A stretch of 64,000 nt of DNA from Octopus vulgaris (GCA_951406725.2 OX597814.1:166904001-166968000); one strand, 5' to 3'; positions 12,080 to 25,963 are shown, counted from the first letter of the stretch. Notes: a model not told the origin generated them from the letters alone. Translations and numbers: made by a program.

Positions 12080-12122
12080 TGTATGTATGTATGTATGTAT
12101 GTATGTATGTATGTATGTATAT
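11690..12122. repeat. (TA)n/(TATG)n microsatellite
   Basis: Directly visible. Confidence 0.95.
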
Positions 12123-12536
12123 GAAAACAACTCTAACATGGAATGGTCGGTGGAGAAAGATTTAGAAACAAATATTTACCTAAATAAACGAATCGCAAAT
12201 TGAATGCATCTTCTTTAACAATAACAAAAATTTTGTGAATTTATCTTAATTGAAAAAAAAAAAAATTCCTACTGTTCGATATTATTTTTTGCTATAAGTT
12301 GTCTCCAAAGCTTGCTTATATCGCAGCTAAAATAGGTATAACGTTCGAAAAAAGTTGACGTCAAGCTGATAATGGAAGAAGATGCCTTGGATTAAAATTT
12401 TAGAAATGTTGACTAGTCGTAGGAAAATTGGAATTTTGTACGATATATAGAGAAATTCAAGGAATTTCTGTATATGACAGCAAAAAAAAATGCAATTTTA
12501 ATTAAATATGTTGATTTATATACATACATACATACA

Positions 12537-12567
<31 letters not shown>

Positions 12568-12700
12568 ATTACATACATACATACATACATAATACATACA
12601 TATATATATACATTCATGTGTGTGTGTGAGTGTGTGTGTGTATTTAACTATGTATATATTTGAATTCTCTGTGTATTTTGAATTGGTTACACACACACAC

Positions 12701-12816
<116 letters not shown>

Positions 12817-13521
12817 CTGTATTCATTGGAACATTATGTACTATTATTCGCCCATGTTCATGTCGGGTGATTTAATAAAATGATGGCTATTAAAAGGCGG
12901 TTATTTGAAGAGAACAGTTATATTTCGAGAAGAGTTAAGTTTCAGAGATTTTTATGAGTATTCATTATTTTTTTATCTCTTCATTTCCTCATACTTACTA
13001 ACAGAACATTTCACCTTCCTCAACCACATTCTTTACGGCTTTCTGAGGGGAATAATTATTTGTAAAACCATTACATTCTATGTCAGAATAGTCTCAGGTC
13101 ATGTTTAAAAAAACATATTCATATCAACTAAAACTCATAAAATGTGGTTATTTCACTGTCATTGTAGGAAAAGACATATTTGATGTTACCGTATATTATA
13201 TAAAGATAAAATTTATATAAATTTCTATCGTAATACATTCAAATTACAGTTTATTCAAACGTTTCAATAATGTTAAATGTTAATAACTTTTGATTAATAT
13301 TGCTTTCAAATTTTGCCACAAGGCCAACAATTTCGGGGGAGGCAGGGAAGCCATAGTTTACAACTACATTTCAACTAAAAATTTGCCATAAGGAATAAAT
13401 GAACCAAAGAAAAACTTTTTTTTTATTGAGACCGAATTTATTCCGTTCTATATTTAAGAGATGAGGAATTATGTACATTATTTGCATTTGACGAATAGTT
13501 GTCCTCATCTTGTTTATTGTT

Positions 13522-13566
13522 AACACAATTTTCGGCTGATATACCCTACAGCCTTCATCAGGTGTC
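13522..13566 (-). ncRNA. PLE minimal hammerhead, copy 1
   Basis: GACAC CTGATGAA GGCTG tagggtatat CAGCC GAAAATT GTGTT; stem III is damaged. Confidence 0.6.
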
Positions 13567-13726
13567 TTAGGGAAATTTCGAACCTGGATTCTCATTCCTA
13601 AGGTATTTTTCGTTGTTACTATTATTCACTTTTTATTTCTTGCAAATTATGCACATTCCAATAAACATATTATCCACCTGGGTATATTTTGATCACACAA
13701 ATTATCTCCTCATCTTGTTTGTTGTT

Positions 13727-13772
13727 AGCACAACGTTTCAGCTGATATACCCTACAGCCTTCATCAGGTGTC
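13727..13772 (-). ncRNA. PLE minimal hammerhead, copy 2
   Basis: GACAC CTGATGAA GGCTG tagggtatat CAGCT GAAACGTT GTGCT; palindromic ACGT stem III. Confidence 0.65.
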
Positions 13773-13854
13773 TTAGGGAAATTTCGAACATTGGTTCTCA
13801 TTCCTAAGGTATTTTTCGATGTTGTTATTATTATTATTATTATTATTCAGATCA

Positions 13855-13921
13855 TAGCCTGGAATCGAACTCGGAATCTTGAGGCTAGTAGCCCGCGCTC
13901 TTAACCACGACGCCATATGCC
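13855..13921 (-). promoter_or_regulatory. tRNA-like segment with Pol III A and B boxes
   Basis: TGGCGTCGTGGTTAAG ... GAGTTCGATTCC; no complete acceptor stem, so not a tRNA gene. Confidence 0.65.
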
Positions 13922-14139
13922 TGTGGGCAATAATGGAGTGAAATTTAGGGCTTATCCTTCCTAAATACCGGTTTCCATATGCTATTCATATCTGCACTCA
14001 ATCTGCTTAGGAGGTTATTGTGTCCTAGCATATGTGCTGATTCTTTTAGTTTTCGTATTTTCCAGTGGTGTTCTCTGTCTATTATTTTAACTTCATCCCA
14101 CATGGGTAGGCGGTCTCCATTTTTCCATACATGATCAGC

Positions 14140-14173
<34 letters not shown>

Positions 14174-14479
14174 CATACAGCTAGAAAGAAAGAGAGAAAT
14201 AGATCCCAGGACAGGTATATTATTATCGACCCCGAAAGGACGAAAGACGAAGTTGATCTTGGCAGGATTTGAACACCAGATGGCAGGACGTATACTGTAC
14301 AGCAATTTATCCACAGCTCTACGCACTTGGTAATTTACCACATACCTGATATATCAGCTTAACTCGGAAATATTTAACTGAACTAATTTGAATCTGCTCC
14401 AAATTACTTAAGTTTCGTCTACGTGTCTACACCCACAAAACTTTAAGAAAAGAGCAGCTGAGTTAAACTGGTATTTGTT

Positions 14480-14516
<37 letters not shown>

Positions 14517-16078
14517 CGGGAAGCTTTATGAAAATAGACAAAAGACGAAGGCATGTAGAAAACAAACGATATATATATATATATATATTCTTTTATTTAT
14601 TCCAGAAATTTCACAGCGGTCATGCTGGAGCACCGTCTTTAGACGAACAATTCGACCATAGGACTTATTCTTTGTAAGCCTAGTATTTATTCTATCGGTC
14701 TCTTTTGCCGAACCGCTAAGTTACGGGGACATAAACACACCAACATCAGTTGTCAAGCGATGGTAGCGGGGGGGGGGCAAATACATACACACACACAAAC
14801 ATATATATATGTACGACGGGTTTCTTTCAGTTTCCGTCTACCAAATCCACTCATAAAGCTTTGGTCGATCCGAGGATATAGTAGAAGACACTTGCCCAAG
14901 GTGCCACACAGTGGGACTGAACCCGGAACTATGTGGTTGGGAAGCAAGTTTCTTACCACACAGCCACGCCTGCGCCTATCTAACACTAGCTAATTTTATG
15001 CTACGGAAACAAACAAGAATATAAGTAAAATATCACAGTATTTCAAAACAGATGTTTACGTGTTTTTAAGTTCTCAATAACTTATTATTTCGATTATCTT
15101 GTTAATTTTATGATATATAAAACTCCTCAAATTTCTTCAATTTTCTTTAAATATCATGGATATATCAGCTGGAAAATCTGACAGGGAAAAAAAATCAATA
15201 GAGAATCCAAAGCTACAGGGCTCCATAATTAATGAATAATACAGAAAACTTTGATAAATATAAAGTTGTGATATCATAGAAGGACGAGAAGGAATCATTA
15301 ATGTAGTTGTATTAGTGCGAAGATAATAGATATACAAGATAAAAAGCGACACATTTCATTCAGTATTCACACTTCGAAGTTTTGCTTGTGCTGGAGTCGG
15401 ATTTTTTTCCAGTTTATCGACACAGAATCGACGCCATAAAAACATATAAAATCCTTGTGTAAAAATACATATATATAAGAAAGAAAAACATATAATAATT
15501 GTTTCTAATTTAGGTGCAAGGCCAGCAGTTTTGAGGACAAGGAATTAGTCGATTACCTCGACCAAGTATTTAACTGACTGGTACTTTATTTTAGCAACCC
15601 CCGAAAGGATGAAAATCAAAGTTGACTTCGCCGAGGTTCGAGCTCAGAACACAAAACCCCAAAACAAATACTGCAAGGCAATTTTCCCCAAGATCTAACG
15701 ATTCTACTAGCACCCCTTCTTAAAACATCACAACAGTAAAATTCTTTATTCTCTAATTATGGCAAAAGGCTAGCAATTTTGAGGGGAAGAGCAAAGTCGA
15801 TTACATCAACTCTGGTACTTAACTGGTACTTTATTTTATCGACAACGAAAAGATAAAAGGCAAAGTTGACCTCAGAACGTAAAGAACTGCAAGAAATGTC
15901 GCTTAACATTTTATCCGAAGCACTAACGACCCCAGGACTTATTCTTTGTAAGCCTAGTACTTATTCTATCGGTCTCTTTCGCCGAACCGCTAGGTTACGG
16001 GCACGTAAACACACCAGCATCGGTTATGAAGCGATGTTGGGGGGACAAACACAGACACACAAACTTATACACACATAC

Positions 16079-16126
<48 letters not shown>

Positions 16127-16379
16127 GACGGGTTTCTTTCAGTTTTCGTCTACCAAATCCACTCACAAGGCTTTGGTCGGCCCGTGGCTATAGTAGAAGA
16201 CACTTGCCCAAGGTGCCACGCTGTGGGACTGAACCCAGAACCATGTGGTTCGCAAGTAAGCTACTTACCACACAGCCTAGCATGGTACCGTAGGCTGCAG
16301 GCAACAAGCCCGTTACGCATACATGACTCCAGGGGATTCAACAAAACTTGTAATAAAAAGAAATGATAGTTACTAATAA

Positions 16380-17140
16380 TTTATGCAACAAGCCAAGGAT
16401 GTTGGGAGAATAGAACATTCGTTGTTACCAACAGAATACAGACCTGAAACGGAGAAACTGGATTGCTGATTATAACCACCCATTAACAAGCCATTAGAAC
16501 AAATTTTATAAAGGCAAATTCAGCCAGAGCAAACACAAAATCTGTGGAAAAGGAGACGAAGGTATCAACCATCTTTTACGCGAATGCAGTATACTAGCAT
16601 AAAATGATTACACGTGCAAACATTGCTGTGTTGGTAAAAGAGTGCATTGGGATGTAAGCCGAGTGTGTGGATTTAGAGAGACAGAAAAGTGGTATGAACA
16701 GGAGCCAGAAGCTATGAAGGAAAATAATAGTTAAAGGGTATTATGGGATTTCTCTATAAAAATTGTGCATACTATTGAAACAGGGAAACCACACATAATT
16801 GTAAAGGACAAAATAGTATAAGATCATAAACTTTTCAATAGTAGAGTGGGTACTAAAGAAATTGAGTAAATTGAGAAATATCAAAACATAGTCGAAGAAA
16901 TGAAGAGATTATGGACGAAAAAGGTAAAAGTTTTTTCTGTTGCAATTGAGGCATTCGGTACACCATCCAAACTAAGAGGCTGAAAGATGGTGGAACTGAG
17001 ACACACATTGTCGACCTGCCGAAAAGTACCATCTTGTATTCTGCTAGAATCTTAAGAAAGCTACTTGGGATTTGAGGAGATTTGTTGTCTCCAAACTACA
17101 TGACAACATCCTTGCTAACTAATGTAACATTAATAGCTTT
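16380..17140 (+). pseudogene. decayed R4/Dong 3' fragment (CCHC knuckle plus RLE)
   Basis: KICGKGDEGINHLLRECSILA..KRVHWD..KWYEQEPE..VLWDFSIK..KPHIIV with stops and frameshifts. Confidence 0.75.
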
Positions 17141-17169
17141 ATAACAACAACAACAAAAATATTTAGCCC

Positions 17170-17620
17170 AGTTAGTGACATCGAAGTGACAGAAAAGTGA
17201 TTTGAACATGAAACAGAGAGTGTGATGGTGACTGAGAATTACAGGATTTTATGACATTTCTCCATAGAGACTGACTGTACCATTGAAGCCAGGTGACCAG
17301 ATATGATTGTAACGAACAAGTAAAAAAAATGTGGGGAATAGTGTCACATCAAAGGCTTTGCAACACCATGTGATGGTAGGGCGAATATCAACAAAATCAA
17401 GAGAAATAAAGAGATTTTAGAACACAAAAGTGACAAGTATTTCTGTGATAACTGGTGCATTTGGCACAACACCCAAACTAATACCTAAGAGGGTGAAGGA
17501 TATTGGAATTGCGACACGCATTGTCGACCTGCAGAAAAGTACCATTCCGTATTCTGCAAAAATGCTAAGAAAGATTCTTGAGATTTGAAGAGGCTTGTCA
17601 TGAAAACCTCAGGTGTTAAT
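17170..17620 (+). pseudogene. second decayed R4/Dong 3' fragment
   Basis: Paralogous to 16680-17090 (CATTGTCGACCTGC..AAAAGTACCAT, GCTAAGAAAG). Confidence 0.7.
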
Positions 17621-20481
17621 TAAGTTGGAATTAAACACTTTTTGTAACTCTTCACGAAAGTAAATAGACAATAATGAAAAGCTTTTCAAATAACAATAAT
17701 AATAAACCTTTCCAGTATAGGCACAGGCCTTAAATATTGGGGGAGGCGACTAGTCGATTACGTCGACCCCAATGCTCAACTGATATATATCTTACTAAAA
17801 GGATGATGGCAAAGTGTACTACATATTGGTTTCAAATTCTGGCACAAGGTCAGCAATTTCGGGGAAATGGGTTAGTCGATTACGCCGACCTTAGTCTTTA
17901 AATGGTACTTGTTTTGTATTGACTCGAAAGCTGAAATGCAAAGTCGACTTCGGTGGTATTTAAACTCAAAACGTAAATCCGGAAGAAATGTCCAGCATGC
18001 TAACGATTTTTATTTCTTTACTACCCACAAGGGGCTATACACAGAGGGGACAAACAAGGACAGACAAACGGATTAACTCGATTATATCGACCCCAGTGCG
18101 TAACTGGTACTTATTTAGTCGACCTCGAAAGGATGAAAGGCAATTTGAACTCAGAACGTAACGGCAGACAAAATACCGTTTAGTATTTCGCCGCCCGGCG
18201 GGATAACGATTCTGCCAGCTTGCTACCTTAGTGTGGTCTTTAAACTAGAAGGAGAATCCATTCGATGGGATTCCACGCAGTTTCCGTCTACCCAGTTTTA
18301 CTTATGAGGCTTGAGTCGACCCGAAGCTATGTCTAAGATGACATGCAGTATAGTTGAACTCGATACTTCGCAATTGCCAAGCTTACTTCCGAAACATTCG
18401 ACCATGCTGCATTCTTAAATAAACCTTACAAAAACATGAAAGCTATGGCTTCTTATTCTCCATTCCAAAATCCTTTAAGCTTTGTATCGATATATGAAAC
18501 AAACATTATTCTTTCAATTGTATTGGTTTTATTTCCAGCTAATATTTTTTTTATGATTGAGAAAAAATATCTAAATGGGGTTGAATAAAACAGTGTTTTC
18601 ATAATCTATTGGAAAACAGATTTGAAAATTAAACCCGAAGTACAGATAAATTCTTACCTTGTTATGTTTCAACTTAAAACTACATCTTTTAGTTTGATCT
18701 TCCCTTCTAAGCGCAGTATACCTCTTTTTGACTAATGAACTAGAGTGGTTCACTGCCAGGATTATTCCCGCTTCTTATTTATCGTAAACTATGCGGTTAT
18801 GGGCTCATTCTTCTCAAGTAAATAATTGGCTTACTTAATTGTATTATATAGTCCGTTTTCTGGATATCAACTACAAAGGAGTTTATGTTCAACAAATACA
18901 ATTTTGGAGCGCTCATGCATGTATATATATTTTTACAACTGTTTTAAGGTTATAACATTTGATGTTTTCAGCTTTTTTCCATCGATTCTTTAAATAGATT
19001 TTAGTCGCCATTTACTGAAACCCACTGACGCCATTTTACATTATATATAATGACATTCAACCAAAAATTGCTTCCATTTAAAAGTTATTGTTCATTCCCT
19101 TTCTCTCCACCTATCTCTGTCTCACACACTCGTTCTCTCTCCTTCTCTATTGCTCTCACTTTTTTCCTGCTTGATTTGCCATTCATACACACGTTTAAAT
19201 GAAATCGAAAATAAATAAATACATAAAAATAGCAGTGATCCCCATGACAGCAACTTAACATCAAAGCTACAGTCAGACTAATCTATAGTTTTTAGCAGAT
19301 GAAATGCAGACGTTTCTGACGTTCATGTAAGCTCACCAATCCATCTTCAAATTACATTGTCATTAAAAATTTAGCAACTTATGTATTTACTTTCAATGAT
19401 CATGATCCCAGGTACAGTGAATTTACGATAACATTTATATGACCAATTGTAGATGTGGTGGTCTGTATTCACGACACAAACGTACTGTTCATACGAGAGG
19501 AAGCATGTACAATGTATTCAGAAATAGCAGCCAGATCTGCCTAGTGTCTGTAGAAACGAACGACTGATTAGATTTGTGGTTCTCAAACTGACGAATACCA
19601 AACCCATCCACTTCCATAAAAATTAATGAAATTGTCTCCTCCTCCTTCTATTAATGTGAAAACAAAAATGTGATTTGCAGTATTTGTTCCTGCACTTTAC
19701 GTTCTGAGTTCAAATTCCTCGGCGGAATTTGAAATGAAATTTTTCAATGTCGATAAAATAAATTACTAATCAAGAACTGGGTGGGGAGATAGAACTGACT
19801 AATCCCTCACCTGAAAAGTACTAGCCTTGTACCTTATCCAGAAACCATTCATACTAGTCTCTTTTTTCTCGCCGTGGTGTTGGACAAGCTGACAAGTTTT
19901 TAAAAATCTAAATTTTAGTAAATGCCGCAATTGTCGAAAGACTTTTTAATCATCACAGAAACCTCCAGACAGACCCACTTCTGATTAGAAACACTGCATT
20001 AGAGAATATTGCGCTGGATGCACATAATACAAAAAATGAGATGACCATGGTTAGAACGCTTCTATCACAGGTCCGTTTAACTAGAGCTGACTTGGGGCTA
20101 AAGAACAATAATCGCTTACACATCTAGACTGTTCTTCCACTCCAAATATGTGGTGAGTACTCGGGGGATTCATAGATAATCAGTAACAGTTCAACGCTGA
20201 ATAATTTATTTTTAATGGCTTAGTCGGTCGAAGAGTTGCGCCCCAGATCTTTTCAAGGTTCGTGGAAGGAAATTAGAAAGTTATCCTCAGATAAGATACC
20301 TGGACCGAAGGCATGCAGTAGAATGGGCTCGGTTAAAGGTACTCGATCAACAGATTAACACCACATGACACATTATCACATATATTGAAAGCCGTCCTTT
20401 CGGATGCAATTTTCATTATTATATGTGATAGCTATGGGAAGAAATCGTGAGGTTTAACGGTAAACGTTTGTTGTGAGTAAC

Positions 20482-20710
20482 GTGGCGAGCTGGCAGAATC
20501 GATAGCGCGTCGGGCGAAATGCTTAGCGGTATTTCGTCTGCCGCTACGTTCTGAGTTCAAATTCCGTCGAGGTCGACTTTGCTTTCATCCTTTCGGGGTC
20601 GATTAAATAAGTACCAGTTATGCATTGGGGCTGATATAATCGACTTAATCCATTTGTCTGTCCTTGTTTGTCCCTTCCGTGTTTAGCCCCTTGTGGGTAG
20701 TAAAAAAATA
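20482..20710 (+). mobile_element. Nin-domain SINE with 20-bp TSD
   Basis: TSD GGTAAACGTTTGTTGTGAGT at ~20459-20478 and 20711-20730. Confidence 0.85.
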
Positions 20711-20719
20711 GGTAAACGT

Positions 20720-23700
20720 TTGTTGTGAGTGCCAGAGAAATAGGCGTGCATTGTTCATTGTGTTCATTACCAAAGATTAGATATTGTTTCACACTCCAGA
20801 GGTTGTCGACAAACCAAATCATTTCATCCACATTTTATAATAAGTGGTGACCCGTTCAACTATAGGCCAGTATGCATGTGCATCGAACTCTCGCAAAATT
20901 ATAAGTGATGTTACATCATTCTATTGTTGGTATTTAACATAAAAATATAAGATAGTTTATAGAATACTTAGTACTATATTCACTGTACAACAAAAGAAAG
21001 AACATCATGAAGAAATGTTTCAAAGATAGAAGTTCGCAAATGAAGCAAAACCTTTATAATTAGCACAAAATATAACAAAAGCTATTGAAATTGGCATTCT
21101 TTTTGTTCTTTATGATCTGTTAGAATTGTTTATTGCTATTATGTTTAAGTGATGGTTTGATACACTCCATCGTCTACTGTTTTCAAACTTACTGCTGTAT
21201 AAATAATGGGTTTTTGTATCATAGAGAGAATAGTATGATTGAGGTTTACGGTTTTCATCAAGGAAGGGTTGAATTTCAGATTGAAGATCTCGAAATAGTG
21301 TCTTGTTGAGATTATATCATGTCTTCTTGTTACCAAAACGAATGAAGACATGATGATAAATGTGTTCTTCAATCGCAGGCAAATTTTCCACAAAGCTTGG
21401 CGCACCGTCTAAAGTAAACCCAGTGGCGTTGAATAATAGCTTGAGAAGTTACTTTTCTTAAGTAAAATGCGAAAGAATAACATACAGCTTTGTGACATAC
21501 TGTCAAAATGTAAGAGTTGTTCGTTTTAGTAATTGACTTTGATCCAACAACATCAAGTGACAGTCTCTGTCAAGGTCTTGTTGATTGTATCAGTTTGATC
21601 GGTTGTAATTTTGATGAAGGTTTCAACCTTGCACACATATGACATGATATAATTTTATCCTTAACGTATTTTCTTAATTGAATGCTTTCGTAAAAACAAT
21701 TTTTCTACCTAAGCCGTGATGTACTATTTCTTCGTGAGTTTTCTTAGTTACATCAACTTGTTCATCATTTGACATCAATTCATTATCGTTGGCAATTGCT
21801 TAAATTTTACTCAAAGAGTCAGCAACGAAGTCTCACTTCCTAGACGGCATTCTATTTCACATGAGTACTCTGAGATCTGTAATCCACAACAACACCATTT
21901 ATTATTATAATAGCAGACTTAGGTCAAATAGAATAGTTATTACTTGTTCATGTGTAACTAGTTAGAACTTTTATGTTAAAGTGTAATATCGCACTCTTTT
22001 CTGATGATTTGACAATTGCAATGTGTTTTAATTCTACAATGGACCGTTTCTTTGACTGAGTGACAATGAATCTTCTTTCTTTCCTTTTTAGGTGCCATGT
22101 CCAGAATGTAGGACATAGGCGATCATGTCTTGCCACAATTCTCTGTTCTTTGTTTTCTGTAACAGTTCTGCTTCCTGATATTTAATGCCTCTTTTTTCCC
22201 AACAAGTTCATCATAATTGACATCCATATCATCCTTCTTCTTCTGCTTCTTTCCTCTTCAGTCTTTTCAGTCCTTGCTAAATTCTCCGGATTCTCTTTCC
22301 TTATCATATGACTTACATAGCTCATTTGTTTGGACCTTATTTCACGAAGTAGTTTAATATTTACCATAGCCCGGTTCAGCACTTCTTCATTAGACACTTT
22401 GTCCATACTATCTTCAATATTCTCATTAAGAACTACATTTCGCAACTCACCAAGCACTTTCTCGTTCCTAATGTTATAGACCATATCTCACATCCATACA
22501 GGGTAGACATAGAAGCTAAATATACGGATCTTGATTTTGACGCTCATAGTATGGTTACTCAAGTGATAGTCGATTTTATTTCCTTAATTACTACAAATAT
22601 TGAAAAATGTTGTTCCCAGGGAGGCCAGGGTATTTTATATAAAATGCCATCACTTTTGTTGACTACAACAAAGTAGGTTATGGTATACATAGAAGGTTTA
22701 ATTATTTCTTTAGCTAACAGTTTATTAATTTTGCTCTTATTGAATTGGTAGTCTTTGACAGAGCGATTCCCAATGAAGCAACAAGTATTGCTTCAAAAAT
22801 TCGTAAGCTTGAGCCAGTGACTATTCTAAATTTCGAAAGCGTTTCAAATATGTCATAAAATTTTCGGATTCAGCGTATGCAAAAGTTTGCCTCTGAGTTC
22901 TATCCAAAGTAACTGAAAATGGAATAATAGAAGCATTCCTAAGATAGAAGAATCAGATATTTCACAGGCAACGTTAAATTTCAGTTACTGTTTATTTCAA
23001 TGTCTAGAATTGGCTTCCAATTATATCGAGCTTGTTTCTACCAATAGATTACGCCTTTTGTAGTATTATTTAACACCAATACCAAGATTGTCTTCAGGAA
23101 TCAAAATCATTTCACTATCAGTAAGCCACCTTTGACCGTGACCATTCACAGGACCAAATGTTAATTAATTAATAATTAGATCATTGACTGTATAATACAA
23201 TTGAAACATTATTTATCTGCAGCAGCACATCGTTTATGACCATGAAAGATTGACAACAAAAACCAGTTTTAGCTTGAAAATATTTCCCAACAGCAACAGT
23301 ATAAGAATTAGAATTTGTTATAATGTTATCCATAACACTAACAGTAGCCTCTTCTGGTCGTCCTATAGAAACAGTGTCCTGTAAAAACTTATCAGTTTAA
23401 TGAAACAAAGTAAAGCTATGGCAAACTATTTTTAGCATAGTTTCCCTGTTAAGTCCTTGACAGAAACCATTTCGAAGAATTTCTGTAAATGATGTAGGAA
23501 AGTTACAATTTTGGTATTTATCTAAGAGAACTAATAAAAATCATTTGTAGGTTGTCTGGTTGTTGCTTAGGTGAATATAATTTTATTCATTCAATGAGTA
23601 TCTTCTGTAGTTAATAAATTTAGATGTAATCAAAAGTTTTGCTTTTGAATAGTGTTTAAGGTCAATTCAGCCATTTCTTTTGTAATTTCAAGTTATTTCA

Positions 23701-24150
23701 ATAAAGTACCCTATTTCAGTATTGTAGCTGGTTGCTGCATCCGCGAGGTTTAATAGAAATAAATCCATTTTTTTCGTCCTCACTTCGTTTCGTATATCTG
23801 AGATAACTTTCAAACTAAACAATAAATTCACCAAAAGCTTCTGCACATTCATTCTTTAAAATAGAAAGTCGATTCTTTATGATGGCATTGTTGACTATAA
23901 AGTCGTTTCTGAAGTGTGAAGATTGTTGTAGACCATAATTTAAAAGAGCCGATATCCAAGCAAAAGTTTATTTCACACTCCAGAAGTTGCTGACAAACGA
24001 ATTCATTTTCTCCACATTTTATAATAAATGGCAAGCCGTTCCATTATAGGCCAGTACACATGTACAACAAACTCCCGCAATACAACATGATCTCACATCG
24101 TTCTACTTTTAGTACTTCACATAATTATACGATAGCTATTCAATTAACTA
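20720..24150 (-). mobile_element. ancient Gypsy-type LTR retrotransposon with both LTRs
   Basis: Diverged direct repeats at ~20780-20960 and ~23965-24140. Gag-like AEAFGEFIV.FESYL..EDEKMDLFLLNL, RT start INKLLAKEIIKPS..VVVNKSDG, integrase LRKYVKDKIISCHMCARLKP..RP*QRLSLDVVG..NSYILTV. Confidence 0.7.
22080..22560 (-). mobile_element. RTE-type LINE 3' fragment nested in the Gypsy element
   Basis: DKVSNEEVLNRA..LLREIRSKQMSYVSHMIRKE..RSRRRRMIW. Confidence 0.7.
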
Positions 24151-25654
24151 AATAACATTACGTATTGATAAGAGAATTTGTAGAGAGGATAGTTTTGTTT
24201 TTCTGGGAAAAGCAACAGTAATAACAGCAAGCATATTTCTTTGAAAATCAAACTATTGAAAGACTGAAAATTGTAGTTCATCTTTTGTTTTTGTTTTTTC
24301 TATATCCGATCTTCTGTAGACTGATATTTGATTGTAATTTCTCCAGTACTCTATAGGTGAGCATCAAATTTCCCCTGGATAGGACCATTTGCAACTTTAC
24401 CACTACTGAAAATATAAAACCAATGCATCGACGATGATGCTGTACATTAATGATCAACTCTGTCGTCTCAGAATTGTTTCAACTCCATATCTAAGAATAG
24501 ATATTGCTCATGAATAAATGGCTAATATTACGATATCATCATTCATCTTTAACTTCAGTATTCTCTTTATCTTCTTTTTGCACTCTTTTACAAGACTATT
24601 CCTTCCAGTCCTTATTTTGCGTGAACAATTTCAAGTTATCCATTTAGATTAGAAGGAAGATCATTGGCTGTCCTTACCTTCCGTAATATGCTAGTGAGTG
24701 GCAAGAGAACTATAACAAATAATAGCAATGATACTCTGTTTCGCTGAAATATTCCTCATTTCATGTTGAGTTTTCTCAGTGATTGCGTTCCAGTTACTAA
24801 TTGGGCATTTCCTTGTCTCATGCTTCCACAGATTAATGCTTTCATGCTATCTTCCATTCCGTAGATATTCGTGTTTGTTGTGCTCCAGCAATGTGATAAC
24901 ATATCTTAAGCCTTTTTGTAATGTATTCAGGCCATCCCCAAATTTGTCAGTCCTCCTTACACTTCTTTATTACCAATTTGCAATCAATAGTTGATCTTTC
25001 TGTCTAGAAAGCATCAGTGTCCTTGCTTCCCTTCCTGCATCCTTTTTTTCCACCGGCAAAATTCCCTTTATCCTCAAGATACTAATACAGTTCTGCTAAT
25101 ATGCCTGTGAGCAACTTCCACATTAAAGGAAGGCAAATTATCGACCTAAAATTAGAAACTATGTTTCCCTTATCAATATCCTTAACACACAGCGCAGTTC
25201 TTCAAGTTGTCATCCGAAGTGGGACAGTTCCCTTTTCGCGTATAGTACTTAGAGATTCTGTTTTAATGCAGAGCTGAGAAACTCTTCGGCTAAAACCCTT
25301 GAACACCGTTTGGCTCAGGCTTCTTCCAGTTTTACGCTTTCTTCAACTATTTCCTCTCTTTTGTTGTTCCAGTAACTATATTTCCCTGTTTTTTTCTATA
25401 CCTTCTGTTTCTCCCTCCAGCTTCCTTAACCATTCTGCTTTGCTGATATATTCAGCGGGCTGATCCCAAATTCCACTCCAAAATTTTCTACCTTCTTCAG
25501 CATCTAGAATAACAACCCCATTTCTTTTACACTCTAGATCAACAAATAACATTTTAAGATTTGAATAGAACAGTTATTCTGCTTCATTTATAGTTTCTTA
25601 CTTTTTAAATTTTGCATTAACTGCTACTATTTGTCTCAACTGCTAATGCACTTT

Positions 25655-25963
25655 TGTAATCTTTACGGGGGTGTACTAACAAGGAAAGGGATTTGATCTG
25701 AGACTGTGTAGTTAAACTGTTGTGGCGAGAGTCACTGACACTCCCGGGGGATTAGAAGAATGGACTAGCCGAACACTTACAAAGAGTAGCGTATTGTTTG
25801 AGACGAGAGGTCGGTAGAAACTAAAACATTTGCGGTGTAGAAAACACATTAGTTATTCAAAAACACACAAAGACAGTTGACTTCACTTAAACATTTATTA
25901 TTAGTTATACGGTGTCAAAATTTTCATCGCAAAATCTTCAACTCGGCCACTGACAAGATTACA
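25655..25963. mobile_element. 309-bp insert with TG...CA ends (solo LTR or MITE)
   Basis: Perfect 9-bp terminal IR TGTAATCTT / AAGATTACA; interrupts the Dong coding remnant. Confidence 0.55.

Larger units (their letters stand above)
13445..14140 (-). mobile_element. Penelope-like element 3' end: GIY-YIG C-terminus, tRNA-like segment, two tandem hammerhead-bearing repeats
   Basis: 14140-13955 translates ADHVWKNGDRLPMWDEVKIIDREHHWKIRKLKESAHML..N..S..WKP; direct repeats at ~13500-13615 and ~13705-13822. Confidence 0.75.

Noticed and set aside
13855-13921. tRNA gene
   Set aside because: A/B boxes are present but there is no acceptor stem or terminator; it is TE-derived.
19003-19040. Two CGCCATTT YY1-like motifs as a promoter
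   Set aside because: Short motifs in AT-rich DNA with no other support.
21145-21440. Possible endogenous virus or host ORF
   Set aside because: Lies directly downstream of integrase motifs between an LTR pair; explained as decayed Gypsy pol.
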